Virus genome (UHGV): UHGV-1379542
Origin: a virus
DNA: 43,674 nt
Strand: one strand, 5' to 3'
Below, one piece after another: positions 8,430-19,092 of the stretch. Position 1 is the first letter of the stretch, and each line of letters begins with the position of its first letter. A model generated the notes under the pieces. The model worked only from the letters and a program-made list of their open reading frames with translations. It was not told the origin of the DNA and did no database searches. A program made the translations under genes and the position numbers.

Positions 8430-11400
8430 ATGAATAAAAACTTTATGGCTCGTATATCGGCGATCATTACAGATTTCCAACGGAATATCAGAAAAGCTCA
8501 ACGTATGGCAAAAACTGAAATACCCGATGAAATCGAAACACAAGTCGATGCCAACATAAGTAAATTTAAACGAGCCTTAAACACTGCAAAAGCAATGGCT
8601 CAACGTTGGCGAGAACATACCGTTGATATAGACGGTAACAACAACCCTATCAAACGAGCAATTGCAGTAGTTAAAGAGAAATTACAGCAATTAAGAGATA
8701 AAGAAGTAGACATAAAAGGGAATAACAATCCCTTAAAACGTTCAGTATTAGGTGCTAAGGCTATGTTGGCAACCTTACATGATAAAACGGTAAAAGTTAA
8801 CTTTGATACAAGGGGAATGACAAGAGCTCAAGTATTAACTAGAGCTTTAAGTCAGTCTTTAGATGAATACGGCGACAAAATGGATAGATTAGCTACTCGT
8901 ATTCGTACATTTGGTACTGTGTTTGGACAACAAATCAAAGGTGTGCTAATCGCTAGTTTTCAAGGTCTTATTCCTATTATAGCTGGTTTAGTACCCGCCA
9001 TCATGGCAGTAGCTAACGCATTAGGTGTAGTTGCTGGTGGTGCATTAGGTGTAGCTGGTGCATTTGGTATCGCTGCAGGTGGTGCGTTTGCATTTGGTGC
9101 TATGGCAGTAAGTGCAATTAAGATGTTGAGTGATGGAACGTTAGAAGCAACAGCACAAACTAAACGTTATGAGGCTTCTTTAGAAGAAGTTCAATCAACA
9201 TGGGAAAGTATTATCAAACAAAACCAAGCACAAATCTTCAATACGTTATCTAACGCTTTAGACACTGTTAACGTAGCTTTAGGGCGTATGAAACCATTCT
9301 TAGCAGGTATCTCTAAAGGAATGGAACAAGCGTCACAGAGTGTCTTAAAATGGGCTCAAAACAGTCAAACCGCCAGCAAATTCTTTAACATGATGAATAC
9401 AACAGGCGTTAAGACATTCAACACATTATTAAGTGCTGCAGGACGTTTTGGTGACGGACTTATTAATGTGTTCACGCAGTTAGGTCCACTATTCTTATGG
9501 ACTGCTAAAGGTTTAGATAATTTAGGTAAGAAGTTCCAAAACTGGGCTAACAGCGTAGCAGGTCAGAACGCTATTAAATCATTTATTGAATACACTAAAA
9601 CTAATTTACCTAAAATAGGTCAAATATTTGGCAATGTATTCATGGGTATTGGTAACTTGATGAAAGCATTTGCTCAAAACAGTTCTAATATCTTTGATTG
9701 GCTAGTTAAAATGACTGCTAAGTTTAGAGAATGGTCTGAACAAGTTGGTAAATCTGAAGGGTTTAAAAAGTTTGTTCAGTATGTACAAGAGAATGGTCCA
9801 GTCATTATGGATCTAATCGGTAATATTGTAAGAGTATTGGTTGCGTTTGGTACTGCAATGGCGCCAATAGCAAGTGTGATATTAAAAGTAGTAACAGCAT
9901 TAGCTGGTTTCATAGCTAAATTGTTTGAAACACACCCAGCTATAGCTCGAATGGTTGGTATAGGTATGATACTCGGTGGTATGTTGTGGGCTTTACTAGC
10001 ACCAATCATCGCAGTAGGTACATTATTAGAAACATTCTTTAGTAGTAGTCTATTCAAAGCTATGACTAAAATGTTAGCTTTTGCTAGAAACACTCAAATA
10101 CTTAGAAGCGCGTTAAACCTAGTGAAAATCGCATTTAGACTTCTCATGAGCCCTATTAGTACAATTATGCGTATCTTACCTATGTTAAGTGGTGCTTTCC
10201 AAGCATTGGGTGTAGCTATAGGCGCGATTTCATGGCCTGTATTGGCTATCATAGGCGTTATCGTTGCTTTAATAGGTATTATTGTTTGGTTATGGAAAAC
10301 GAACGAGAATTTCAGAAAAACTTGTGTTGAAGCTTGGAACACAATTAAAGATACGATAATGAACGCTGTAAAAACAGTGATTAACTGGTTTAATCAGTTC
10401 AGAGCGTCTATCGAACAAACGCTCCAACCAATTATGCCTATCTTACAAATGTTAGGACAAGTTGCAAACCAAGTTCTCGGCTTCTTATTCATCAGCCTCA
10501 TCAATGGTTTAGTAACTGCTTTCCAATCTCTTTGGACTGTGATTTCAGTAGTATTCACTGCGATAGGTGGAATACTACAAGCTGCTACGCAATTGATTTT
10601 CGGTTTGTTTACTGCATTAATACAGCTCCTTACTGGAGATTTTTCTGGTGCTTGGCTAACTTTACAAACTACGATTTCTAATGTAATGACTACGATTTGG
10701 AATACTTTAGTATCAATTTGGAACCAGATTTCTAACTTCATATTCAACGTTTTGAACAGAATACTTGGTACTAATATCACAAGTTGGAATCAAATTTGGT
10801 CTGTGATTTCAGGCGCAGTTACTAGAATTTGGAACACGGTGTCAAGTTGGTTTTCACGTGTAGTTTCAACCGTTGCTCAAAAAATGATGCAAGCACTCAG
10901 TCGTATCATTTCTGGTGGTGCACAATGGGTTTCAAGTATCATTTCTGCAATGAGTAGATTTTTACAAGCAGTAGTTAGTGGTTTCTTCAGAGTGGTTGGC
11001 GCTGTTGGAAATGGCATGACAACTGCATTAAATCGAGCTCGAAGTTTTATTGGAGGTTTCTTTCAAGCAGGTGTTGATATGATAGCTGGAATGATTAGAG
11101 GTATCGTTCAAAAAGCTAAAGATTTAGCAGCAGCTGCATGGAACGCTGCAAAAGGTGCATTGAACGCTGCAAAAAGTGCTTTGGATAGTCATTCTCCTTC
11201 TCGTAAATTCATACAACTAGGTAATGATAGTATGACTGGATTAGGTATGGGTATCTCTGAATATGCAGGAAAAGCTGCAAGAGAAAGTAAATTAGCGGCG
11301 TTAAAAGTTATGGATGCCTTCAACGCAGACTTAAAACCGGACTTTTTAGAAGAAGGATTGGCTGGTTTAGGAAATTCTTTCGATGCACATATGAGTAAAG

Positions 11401-11534
11401 ACGTACGCCATAGCATGCAAGAGAACAATAAACCTATCGTCAACGTGACTGTTCGCAATGAGTCAGATATACCAGCTATTAAATCATACATTGAAGATTC
11501 CAACTCAAAAGACGCAAGTTTCGGATTATTTTAA
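8430..11534 (+). CDS. tail tape measure protein
   Basis: 1034 aa. Long hydrophobic/Gly-Ala-rich central segments and repeated W/F periodicity. Position after G/GT. Confidence 0.9.
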   Translation: MNKNFMARISAIITDFQRNIRKAQRMAKTEIPDEIETQVDANISKFKRALNTAKAMAQRWREHTVDIDGNNNPIKRAIAVVKEKLQQLRDKEVDIKGNNNPLKRSVLGAKAMLATLHDKTVKVNFDTRGMTRAQVLTRALSQSLDEYGDKMDRLATRIRTFGTVFGQQIKGVLIASFQGLIPIIAGLVPAIMAVANALGVVAGGALGVAGAFGIAAGGAFAFGAMAVSAIKMLSDGTLEATAQTKRYEASLEEVQSTWESIIKQNQAQIFNTLSNALDTVNVALGRMKPFLAGISKGMEQASQSVLKWAQNSQTASKFFNMMNTTGVKTFNTLLSAAGRFGDGLINVFTQLGPLFLWTAKGLDNLGKKFQNWANSVAGQNAIKSFIEYTKTNLPKIGQIFGNVFMGIGNLMKAFAQNSSNIFDWLVKMTAKFREWSEQVGKSEGFKKFVQYVQENGPVIMDLIGNIVRVLVAFGTAMAPIASVILKVVTALAGFIAKLFETHPAIARMVGIGMILGGMLWALLAPIIAVGTLLETFFSSSLFKAMTKMLAFARNTQILRSALNLVKIAFRLLMSPISTIMRILPMLSGAFQALGVAIGAISWPVLAIIGVIVALIGIIVWLWKTNENFRKTCVEAWNTIKDTIMNAVKTVINWFNQFRASIEQTLQPIMPILQMLGQVANQVLGFLFISLINGLVTAFQSLWTVISVVFTAIGGILQAATQLIFGLFTALIQLLTGDFSGAWLTLQTTISNVMTTIWNTLVSIWNQISNFIFNVLNRILGTNITSWNQIWSVISGAVTRIWNTVSSWFSRVVSTVAQKMMQALSRIISGGAQWVSSIISAMSRFLQAVVSGFFRVVGAVGNGMTTALNRARSFIGGFFQAGVDMIAGMIRGIVQKAKDLAAAAWNAAKGALNAAKSALDSHSPSRKFIQLGNDSMTGLGMGISEYAGKAARESKLAALKVMDAFNADLKPDFLEEGLAGLGNSFDAHMSKDVRHSMQENNKPIVNVTVRNESDIPAIKSYIEDSNSKDASFGLF

Positions 11535-11549
11535 AGGAGTGATTGTTAA

Positions 11550-12488
11550 TTGATATTACATGATGTTGAGGTATACAAAAATAAAGAACGTTTGCGTATT
11601 AGTAACAATCGCTTTACTGGTACTGCGTTGAGAGTTGTTTCTTACGATGTTAAAGGTGCAGGCTATGACCGAAAGTTTGATGAAATCGATCGTGTTAACG
11701 GTAGATTTCATAATGCTACTAAAGAAGAAAAGAAAAGTATATCTATGACGGTTAGGTACGATGTAGAAAAGATAGCTTATGCTTCTCATTTAAAAGCGAA
11801 CATACAAGCTATGCTAAGAGGTCATTTTTATCTTAGAGAATTAGCAGCGTCTGAAAGTGAAATTAAATTCGAGAATATATTCGAACCTAAGGAACAATTT
11901 TTTGAACTAGAATATGTTGACGGCAGGCAGATACTTGTTGGCTTAGTTAATGAAGTGTCATTCGATACTACTAAAACGTCAGGTGAATTCACACTAGATT
12001 TCGAAACGATTGAATTACCATACTTTGAGAGTATTGGGTATAGTACAGATTTAGAAAAAGAGAGTGGTAATTTGAATAAATGGGGTATTCCTGACAAAAA
12101 CCCGTTCAACACATCCCATAAAGAACGTAGATATACATTCTATGACACTAAAGTGGGCGATGTATATTACGGTGGTACAGCTGAAATAAATCAATTTAAC
12201 CAAGATAGTGTTGTAGAAATGGTTCTAGGAGAAAACGTTAGCAAAAAAGATAGTGACGGTTTCAACTTCTACATGACACATAGCGACATTATGAAAATAA
12301 GTGGTTTAGAGTTGAAAGCAGGAGATGTTATAAAATTTGACGGTATCCATGTATATCGTAATAACTTACGTATTGATGATTACAACAAGACAAAACAACA
12401 ACCTGTATTAATGCCTGGTTGGAACACTTTCCATACTACTAAGAAACTTCAAAAAATCACGTTTAAACACAAAAGATATTACTTGTAA
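11550..12488 (+). CDS. distal tail protein (Dit)
   Basis: 312 aa. TTG start with RBS aaaggagtg. Lies immediately after the tape measure gene. Confidence 0.6.
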   Translation: MILHDVEVYKNKERLRISNNRFTGTALRVVSYDVKGAGYDRKFDEIDRVNGRFHNATKEEKKSISMTVRYDVEKIAYASHLKANIQAMLRGHFYLRELAASESEIKFENIFEPKEQFFELEYVDGRQILVGLVNEVSFDTTKTSGEFTLDFETIELPYFESIGYSTDLEKESGNLNKWGIPDKNPFNTSHKERRYTFYDTKVGDVYYGGTAEINQFNQDSVVEMVLGENVSKKDSDGFNFYMTHSDIMKISGLELKAGDVIKFDGIHVYRNNLRIDDYNKTKQQPVLMPGWNTFHTTKKLQKITFKHKRYYL

Positions 12489-12501
12489 GGAGGTTGCTTA
12501 A

Positions 12502-14358
12502 TTGCCAATATTATTAAAAACGTTACAGGGCATTGGGCAATCCCTACCTGTAGAAACAAAATTAAACGAGAAATTAAATGAAGATGGCTCCTTAGAAATA
12601 GAAATGGTAGAAAACAAAGCTACATTTGACGCTATAGGGGCTATTACTAAAATGTGGACGATTACAGGCGTTGGTGGTGCTGATGATCTAAACGAATACC
12701 GTATCGTTATGTTAGACAAAACAACTGTAGGTCAAAAGGAAAAGTTAACAATCAAAGCGCGTCCTGTCGAATTAGATGACCTAAACAATTTAAGAGTGTA
12801 CGAAGTATATAACGGTAGTTTTACAGGAAAAAGTTACTTTGATTTAGTTTTTAAAGATACCGGTTATAAGTATGAATTACACGCTAAGGTTTCATCTTCC
12901 AAATTCGAAAATCTAGGTAACCACGATACCAATTTAGAATTATTCAAAAAAGGTTTGGAAAGATATAACTTAGAATATGAATATAACGCCAAAACAAAGA
13001 CATTTCATTTATATGATATTGTTCAAAGAAAAGCTAACTATTACATTAAAGCAGGTGTCAATGCTAATAATGTAAAAGTCCAAGAAGATGCTTCTAAGTG
13101 TTACACATACATCAGAGGTTATGGTGGCTTTGATGAGCAACAAACTTTCAACGAAGCCAGCTTGCAATATGAGTATACACACCCCTTAGCTGACTTAATA
13201 GGCAAACGCCATGCACCACCTGTTGTAGATGGACGCATAACTAAAGGGGATACACTCAAAAAAGCTATGGAGTTAGTTATACAAGAAAGTTTAAAAACGT
13301 CTGTAACACTAGATTTTATTTCTTTGCAAAAACATTTTAAAGAAGCAGTACCTAGAGTTGGGGATATTGTGAATGTGATTGATGATTTAATAGGTTTAAA
13401 TGAGTTTGTTAGAATTATCGAAATCACTACGCAACGAGATATTAACAACAAGATTATCAAACAAGACGTAGTGCTTGGGGAATTTAGATTACAAGATAGA
13501 TACATGAAAGCAGTAAACACTGCTGCAAATTATGTTAAAGCTATTAAGTCTAACAAATCTGATCCAGCTAAAGACTTAAGGATGATTCAAGCTCAAAACA
13601 ACGCAAATACTAAGACTGCACAAGATTTGCAGAAGAAAACCGATGAAATAAAAAGAAGATTAGAAAGCGCGCATGCTAAGAGTGTTACAACTGCAAACGG
13701 TACTATTGTTCACGACTTTACACCTAAGTCTAAGATTAGGAAAGTTAAAACAATAGGTACTATTGGAGATTCTGTCGCTAAAGGTACTGGTGCTAAAACT
13801 AACTTTACTCAAATGTTAGCTAAGAAGATAAAGGCTAAATCAACAAACTTAGCTGTTAGTGGTGCGACAATGAGCACAAACAAAGATAATAGCATTTATG
13901 AACAAGCGACCAAAATTAAATCTGATTTAATCATTGTGCAAGGTACAGATGATGATTGGACTAATGATATTAATATAGGCACTGATAAAACGGATACTAA
14001 AACGTTTTACGGTGCCTTTTATAGTGCTATCACTAAAATCAAGAGTAATAACCCTAACTCTAAAATAATTGTTATGACACCTACTAAACAATGTTATATA
14101 AAAGACGGCAAAACCGTAAGAAAAGACACTACTAAGAACGATTTAGGTCACACTTTAGCTGATTATGTAGATGTTCAAATAGACGCTTGTAACGAACTGG
14201 ATATACCTGTTTATGACGCTTATCATTCAACACAATTCAAACCCAATATACCTTCGTACAGAAAATCGAGTATGCCTGACGGGGTACACCCTAATGAAAA
14301 AGGGCACGAGGTCATTATGTACGAATTGATTAAAAACTTTTATGGTTTTTATGGCTAA
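12502..14358 (+). CDS. tail-associated lysin/Tal-like protein with C-terminal SGNH/GDSL hydrolase domain
   Basis: 618 aa. TTG start with RBS aaggagg. The GDSL block TIGTIGDSVAKGTG and a later DxxH-like segment (…MPDGVHPNEKGHEV…) are typical of SGNH esterases. Position after Dit. Confidence 0.6.
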   Translation: MPILLKTLQGIGQSLPVETKLNEKLNEDGSLEIEMVENKATFDAIGAITKMWTITGVGGADDLNEYRIVMLDKTTVGQKEKLTIKARPVELDDLNNLRVYEVYNGSFTGKSYFDLVFKDTGYKYELHAKVSSSKFENLGNHDTNLELFKKGLERYNLEYEYNAKTKTFHLYDIVQRKANYYIKAGVNANNVKVQEDASKCYTYIRGYGGFDEQQTFNEASLQYEYTHPLADLIGKRHAPPVVDGRITKGDTLKKAMELVIQESLKTSVTLDFISLQKHFKEAVPRVGDIVNVIDDLIGLNEFVRIIEITTQRDINNKIIKQDVVLGEFRLQDRYMKAVNTAANYVKAIKSNKSDPAKDLRMIQAQNNANTKTAQDLQKKTDEIKRRLESAHAKSVTTANGTIVHDFTPKSKIRKVKTIGTIGDSVAKGTGAKTNFTQMLAKKIKAKSTNLAVSGATMSTNKDNSIYEQATKIKSDLIIVQGTDDDWTNDINIGTDKTDTKTFYGAFYSAITKIKSNNPNSKIIVMTPTKQCYIKDGKTVRKDTTKNDLGHTLADYVDVQIDACNELDIPVYDAYHSTQFKPNIPSYRKSSMPDGVHPNEKGHEVIMYELIKNFYGFYG

Positions 14359-14372
14359 GGAGGTCAAAAAAT

Positions 14373-17039
14373 TTGAAATTAGATAACTTAATTACGAAAC
14401 TTCACTCGTACTTTAGTCAAAAGTTTGTAAGTCAACTTGAGAATAACTTCGAACAAATAAAATACTGGACTAATAAAAGTGATGATAGCTTTAACGAGCA
14501 TTTAACCACTCAAAAAAATGCGCATACAACTGATCAAATCAAACACAAAACTACAAAAGGTAAAGATGTCGTATTATCTAATCATGAAAATTATCAAGAT
14601 GAACTTATTGAACATCTTGTGTTAGGTCATAACGGTGATGGCAATAACGAATTAAAAGCTAGTCACACATCAATGGACGCTCAAAGTTTCGATTCTTTAC
14701 ACCAACGTCTATATCACGACTTTTTAAGAGAAAGTAACGCTAGAGAAGAACTAAGAGCCGACTTAACTAAGAAAATACAACGTATTGTTAACGTTGATGA
14801 CTTTGGCGGAGATCCTACAGGTCAAAAGGACAGTACGAAAGCTTTCCAAGACGCATTAGGTAACGGCAATGTACAGGTAACTATGAGTGGTGGTACTTAC
14901 CTTACAACAGGTATTAAAATGCCTAACAACTCTCGTTTGGTAGGACAAGGTAAAGACATTACTACAATTAAGTTTATGGACGAAACACCTGCAGAAAATA
15001 TTGGTATCACTAACTTAAAAATGAGTGGTGGAGCTGAAAACATTTCATTAGAAAGTTTTTCGTTCAACGGGAATAAGTTTAGACAAAATAAAACACTTAA
15101 AGCTACCGGTGGTTCTCGTTCATCTAACATTAGATTTGCGGGTGTAACTAATGGATATATCTATAACGTTAAATCATATGACGCTTTACTACACTGTATC
15201 GATGTAACATATGCAAATGACAATTATTACTACGAAGGCGATGGAAACAGAGTGCCTTACGCATTAGAAAGTAAGCATATTCATATTGATAATTGTGAGG
15301 TATATGGTTGCGGAGATGATGGTATCACTACCCATCACTCTCGTTACATTACAATTTCTAATTGTTATGCACATACACCAACAGGCGGAAGTAATAACAA
15401 CGGTGTAGAAATTGACGATGGCTCACAATATGTGTTCTTATCAAACAACAGAACCAAAGGTAACTTCGGTGGTTTAGAAATCAAAGCACACAGTAATGCA
15501 AGTGCTGCAAGTGGTGTGTTCGTTAACGGTCACGTATCAATCGAAGATACAAGAGCTTACAACATTCGACACATCGGTCATCATAGAGCTAAAACGGACA
15601 ATAAAAGTTTGACTGCTTATGACGTGGTGCTAAATAATTGCTTAGCTTTAAACCCTAAATACAATGGTGTGTATCCAGGCTCAACACCTAGAGCATTATT
15701 AATCAGTGCTTATAAAAATGTATCAGTCAATAATTTCACTGCAATTGGTGATGATGATTTCGGAAAATTAGAAGGTGGAAAACTAGATAAAAAACAACCA
15801 GCAATAGCCATCCAATTCATGTCCGAAAACATCTCGCTTAATAATATTAATGTGCGTAACTTTAAAAATGCAGAAGTAGATATTAGATTATTTGGCGGAG
15901 ATAATAGACCTTCAAGAGTTATTTTAAACAATATCAATATTTGGAATTCATCTAACAATATCGGTATCGGTGTTGGAAGTAAAATATACGATACTAAAAT
16001 AACTAATTGTAACTTACACGGTAATGGTTCGGGCATAGGATTACGTTTGACAAATAACCACGCTATGATTAGTGGTATCACAGCAAACAATTATTCAACA
16101 CCTGCATGGATAGCCGGCGAAAAATACGACACACCTCCTACAGTTGGAAAAGGTGGTGCTAGTATAGCGTCTACAGGAAGTGCAGGCGTAGCTAATGCTA
16201 GTGCAGTTATTGCGTCAACAGGTGGTTCGAAAGCATACAGTAATCGTAGCTTTGTATTAGGTTCTGGTGCTAACTCCAAATCTTATGGATCACGTAGTGG
16301 TATTATCAACTCGTTAAATTCAGAAACAGACAAGTCAGGACACACACAATTAATTCTTAATAGTAATCGTGTTAAGTCACCTGGTAACTATCATGTTGTC
16401 GCTGGATATGGTTCTAGTGGTAATGCTTCTACATCTAACATTAAATTTGATTTAAGCACTTATTCAGGAAACTTAACTTTAGCCGGTCAACTTAAACAAG
16501 ATAGTGCCGATATCGCAGAGTTATTTGAGTCACAAAATGGATTAGCAATCGATTTAGGAACTATCGTTACATTAGACGGCGATAAGATAAGAAAAGCGCA
16601 ACCTAATGACACACCAATTGGCGTTATATCTGGAACTGCTGCATTGGTAGCAAATGAAAAAACATTCCACCATAAAGATAGATTTTTAAAAAATGAGTAT
16701 GGAGTAACGATTACAAACAGAAAACAAGTTGAATTTGTAGACGATGAAGGAAATGTTTCTTTCGAATGGCGTGACATACCAGTAGAAAACCCTGATTATG
16801 ACGATAGCATTAGTTACGAATCTCGTTCAGAAAGACCTGAATGGAATGTAGTCGGATTATTAGGCCAAATCTACACAAACATTGAAAAAGACGTTATACC
16901 AGGTGACTATATCAATGGTAGAGCAGGTGTGGGTTACAAAGATAATGTAAATGGTAAAGGTAGAGTCATGAAGATAACTTCTGAATACACTGAAGAACGT
17001 GGCTGTGCAATAGCATTAGTATTGTGGGGTGCTAAATAA
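14373..17039 (+). CDS. tail fibre / receptor-binding protein with pectin-lyase-like right-handed beta-helix (putative polysaccharide depolymerase)
   Basis: 888 aa. Repeated beta-helix rungs (…NCEVYGCGDDGITTHHSRYITISNCYAH…, NNINVRNF, NNINIWNS…). The N-terminal motif DVDDFGGDPTGQKDSTKAFQ is typical of pectate-lyase-like tailspikes. Confidence 0.6.
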   Translation: MKLDNLITKLHSYFSQKFVSQLENNFEQIKYWTNKSDDSFNEHLTTQKNAHTTDQIKHKTTKGKDVVLSNHENYQDELIEHLVLGHNGDGNNELKASHTSMDAQSFDSLHQRLYHDFLRESNAREELRADLTKKIQRIVNVDDFGGDPTGQKDSTKAFQDALGNGNVQVTMSGGTYLTTGIKMPNNSRLVGQGKDITTIKFMDETPAENIGITNLKMSGGAENISLESFSFNGNKFRQNKTLKATGGSRSSNIRFAGVTNGYIYNVKSYDALLHCIDVTYANDNYYYEGDGNRVPYALESKHIHIDNCEVYGCGDDGITTHHSRYITISNCYAHTPTGGSNNNGVEIDDGSQYVFLSNNRTKGNFGGLEIKAHSNASAASGVFVNGHVSIEDTRAYNIRHIGHHRAKTDNKSLTAYDVVLNNCLALNPKYNGVYPGSTPRALLISAYKNVSVNNFTAIGDDDFGKLEGGKLDKKQPAIAIQFMSENISLNNINVRNFKNAEVDIRLFGGDNRPSRVILNNINIWNSSNNIGIGVGSKIYDTKITNCNLHGNGSGIGLRLTNNHAMISGITANNYSTPAWIAGEKYDTPPTVGKGGASIASTGSAGVANASAVIASTGGSKAYSNRSFVLGSGANSKSYGSRSGIINSLNSETDKSGHTQLILNSNRVKSPGNYHVVAGYGSSGNASTSNIKFDLSTYSGNLTLAGQLKQDSADIAELFESQNGLAIDLGTIVTLDGDKIRKAQPNDTPIGVISGTAALVANEKTFHHKDRFLKNEYGVTITNRKQVEFVDDEGNVSFEWRDIPVENPDYDDSISYESRSERPEWNVVGLLGQIYTNIEKDVIPGDYINGRAGVGYKDNVNGKGRVMKITSEYTEERGCAIALVLWGAK

Positions 17040-18571
17040 TGGAATTAGAAAAAGTAGGTAAACTCGATTTAAATGAAGAACCATATTTACAACCGATATC
17101 TAATAGAGGTATCGGTTTTTATAATCTCGATAAAAACACCGCTAAATTTCAATTTGTAGTACAAAAAGATAACAAACCTTTGTTAATCAGTGACAAAAAC
17201 GTTAAGGGTTATGCTTTCTTTAAAGCTACAAACGGAACAGAAGAAAAACGACCTAGTACATCAGGTGTATTAGACGTAGAATTCATTGATCCGATGAAAG
17301 GATTGATAGGTGTTACGGTGCCTCAATGGTTTTTAAAAAACGTTGTCGATTCTGAAGTGTTGGGTGAAATTTACTTATCACTCAATGATGTAAACAATGT
17401 AGGAAAAGACGACACTGTTGTATTAGGTACTTTTAAATTTACAGTACGTGATAGTCTTATTAATCAAATAGAAAGTGATATCAAAGTATCTTACATTCGT
17501 ATGTTTGATGACTTACGCACAGAATTAGAAAAGAAAGTGCAACAACTCAAACAAGATATAGGCGATACACAAACGCTGATTGAATCTATTAAGCAAACAG
17601 CTGAAGAATATCTCGTTAAAATAAACAAGGCTCAAGCAGACGCTCTTATTGCCATTACAGACGCGTTACTTACTTCTAATCAAAGTATCGATTTAGAAAG
17701 AGAAGAAGCTTTAAGACAAATAGATGCTAAACGTGACGCTATCAAGACAGATTATGATTTGGCTTCTGATACGTTCAAAAAAACTTATGATAGCAATGTA
17801 GACGCTTTTAATACAAATGTTAATCAGGCTAACACAACAATTGACGAAAAACTACAAACATTCAACGAAACTCTTGAAAGAGATGGTTTTACTACCCCTG
17901 AATATGTAGAAAATAAGTTTACAGAAAAGAATTGGCAAAAATTTAAATTAACAAATGATGATGGCACTAACTTTTATGACTCTAGCTTACAAATAGATTT
18001 CGATAATAATGAACAATTAACTGCTTTACCTATTGGCACACGATATGTTGCTTTAACACTAAACAACCCTCCTGAAACTAACAACAATGGTTGGTTAACG
18101 AAGTTAAAAAGAGGTGATGACGCAATACTAATACGTTATCAACCTTACAATTCAACCGTTATATACCAAAAAAGATTTTACAAAACGTGGAGTGGTTGGG
18201 AGCGTGTTGGTTCAGATGTTGTAGATACTGGTTGGATTGATTTGCAACTAGTAAATAGTGCATCCCCTCATAATGATTTAGTTTCTAAAGGTGGTTTCAC
18301 TAGTGCGTATAGAACAATTACTCAAAATGGTATTACTAGAAAAATGATACGCATTAATGCAACAACTATCAAACACGGTCAAACTATTGCGATGTTACCA
18401 AAAGAGTTTGTTAGAAACTTAGTATTTTTCTCAATTAGTGCACCTAGAAATAAAAATAATGGACGTATTTCGTTGAACACGTCAGGAACGGTGAACTTTG
18501 ATGCTACTGTAGATCCTAGCGCATGGACTGATACAGATTATATCTATGGTCAATACGAATGGACGGAGTGA
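17039..18571 (+). CDS. tail fibre / baseplate structural protein (coiled-coil containing)
   Basis: 510 aa. ATG overlaps the previous stop (TAATGG). Central coiled-coil region. Confidence 0.45.
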   Translation: MELEKVGKLDLNEEPYLQPISNRGIGFYNLDKNTAKFQFVVQKDNKPLLISDKNVKGYAFFKATNGTEEKRPSTSGVLDVEFIDPMKGLIGVTVPQWFLKNVVDSEVLGEIYLSLNDVNNVGKDDTVVLGTFKFTVRDSLINQIESDIKVSYIRMFDDLRTELEKKVQQLKQDIGDTQTLIESIKQTAEEYLVKINKAQADALIAITDALLTSNQSIDLEREEALRQIDAKRDAIKTDYDLASDTFKKTYDSNVDAFNTNVNQANTTIDEKLQTFNETLERDGFTTPEYVENKFTEKNWQKFKLTNDDGTNFYDSSLQIDFDNNEQLTALPIGTRYVALTLNNPPETNNNGWLTKLKRGDDAILIRYQPYNSTVIYQKRFYKTWSGWERVGSDVVDTGWIDLQLVNSASPHNDLVSKGGFTSAYRTITQNGITRKMIRINATTIKHGQTIAMLPKEFVRNLVFFSISAPRNKNNGRISLNTSGTVNFDATVDPSAWTDTDYIYGQYEWTE

Positions 18572-18914
18572 TGAAATGAAAGTAGTTTATTTATGGAAAA
18601 ACGGACAAGCTGTTATCGTCTATAAAAATGAAGAAGATGAATATGTTTATCCGAATGAAAAATGGACAGACAACAAACCTCCACAAGGTATTATATTGCC
18701 TTGCTATTACGACGGTAAGCAATGGGTAGGTCAAACTGAAGAAGAATTAGCGAAGTCACTACCTAAAATAGAAACTCCTGTCGATAATAAAGATATAGCT
18801 ATAGCCGAACTAACAAATCTAGTAGTTGATTTACAAGAAGAAGTGAACGATTTAAAACAAACTATTGCTCGTTTAACAGAAGAACAAGCAAACCAAAAAT
18901 TGGGGGAATCTTAA
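18546..18914 (+). CDS. XkdW-like tail-fibre-associated protein (copy 1)
   Basis: 122 aa. Paralogous to 23255..23599, sharing the motif …PCYYDGKQWVGQTEEE / PCHFDGEKWIGTSHEE plus a C-terminal coiled coil. Confidence 0.5.
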   Translation: MVNTNGRSDEMKVVYLWKNGQAVIVYKNEEDEYVYPNEKWTDNKPPQGIILPCYYDGKQWVGQTEEELAKSLPKIETPVDNKDIAIAELTNLVVDLQEEVNDLKQTIARLTEEQANQKLGES

Positions 18915-18915
18915 T

Positions 18916-19056
18916 ATGGATAAAGTAGTAATCGATTTATATAAAAAGGGTTTATACACTGACGAAACTTTTAAAAAGTTTGTTAGGGTTAGATGGATTA
19001 CGCCAGAACAATTTAAAGAAACAACAGGTAAAGATTACGAGCCACAGGTTAAATAA
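18916..19056 (+). CDS. XkdX-like small protein (copy 1)
   Basis: 46 aa, below the ORF-track size cut-off. Paralog of 23592..23738 (MDKVVIDLYKKGLYTDETF vs MRNIGIRYYKMGLYNEEQF). Confidence 0.45.
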   Translation: MDKVVIDLYKKGLYTDETFKKFVRVRWITPEQFKETTGKDYEPQVK

Positions 19057-19092
19057 CTTGTGGTTTTATTTTTTAAGTAAAGTTGGTGCTAT

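Noticed and set aside
8430-11534. Internal repetitiveness in the tape-measure gene and Gly-X-Y repeats in the fibre gene could be CRISPR-like or other repeat arrays.
   Set aside because: The repeats are in frame, coding and imperfect. There is no repeat-spacer architecture, and no CRISPR array is present in the window.
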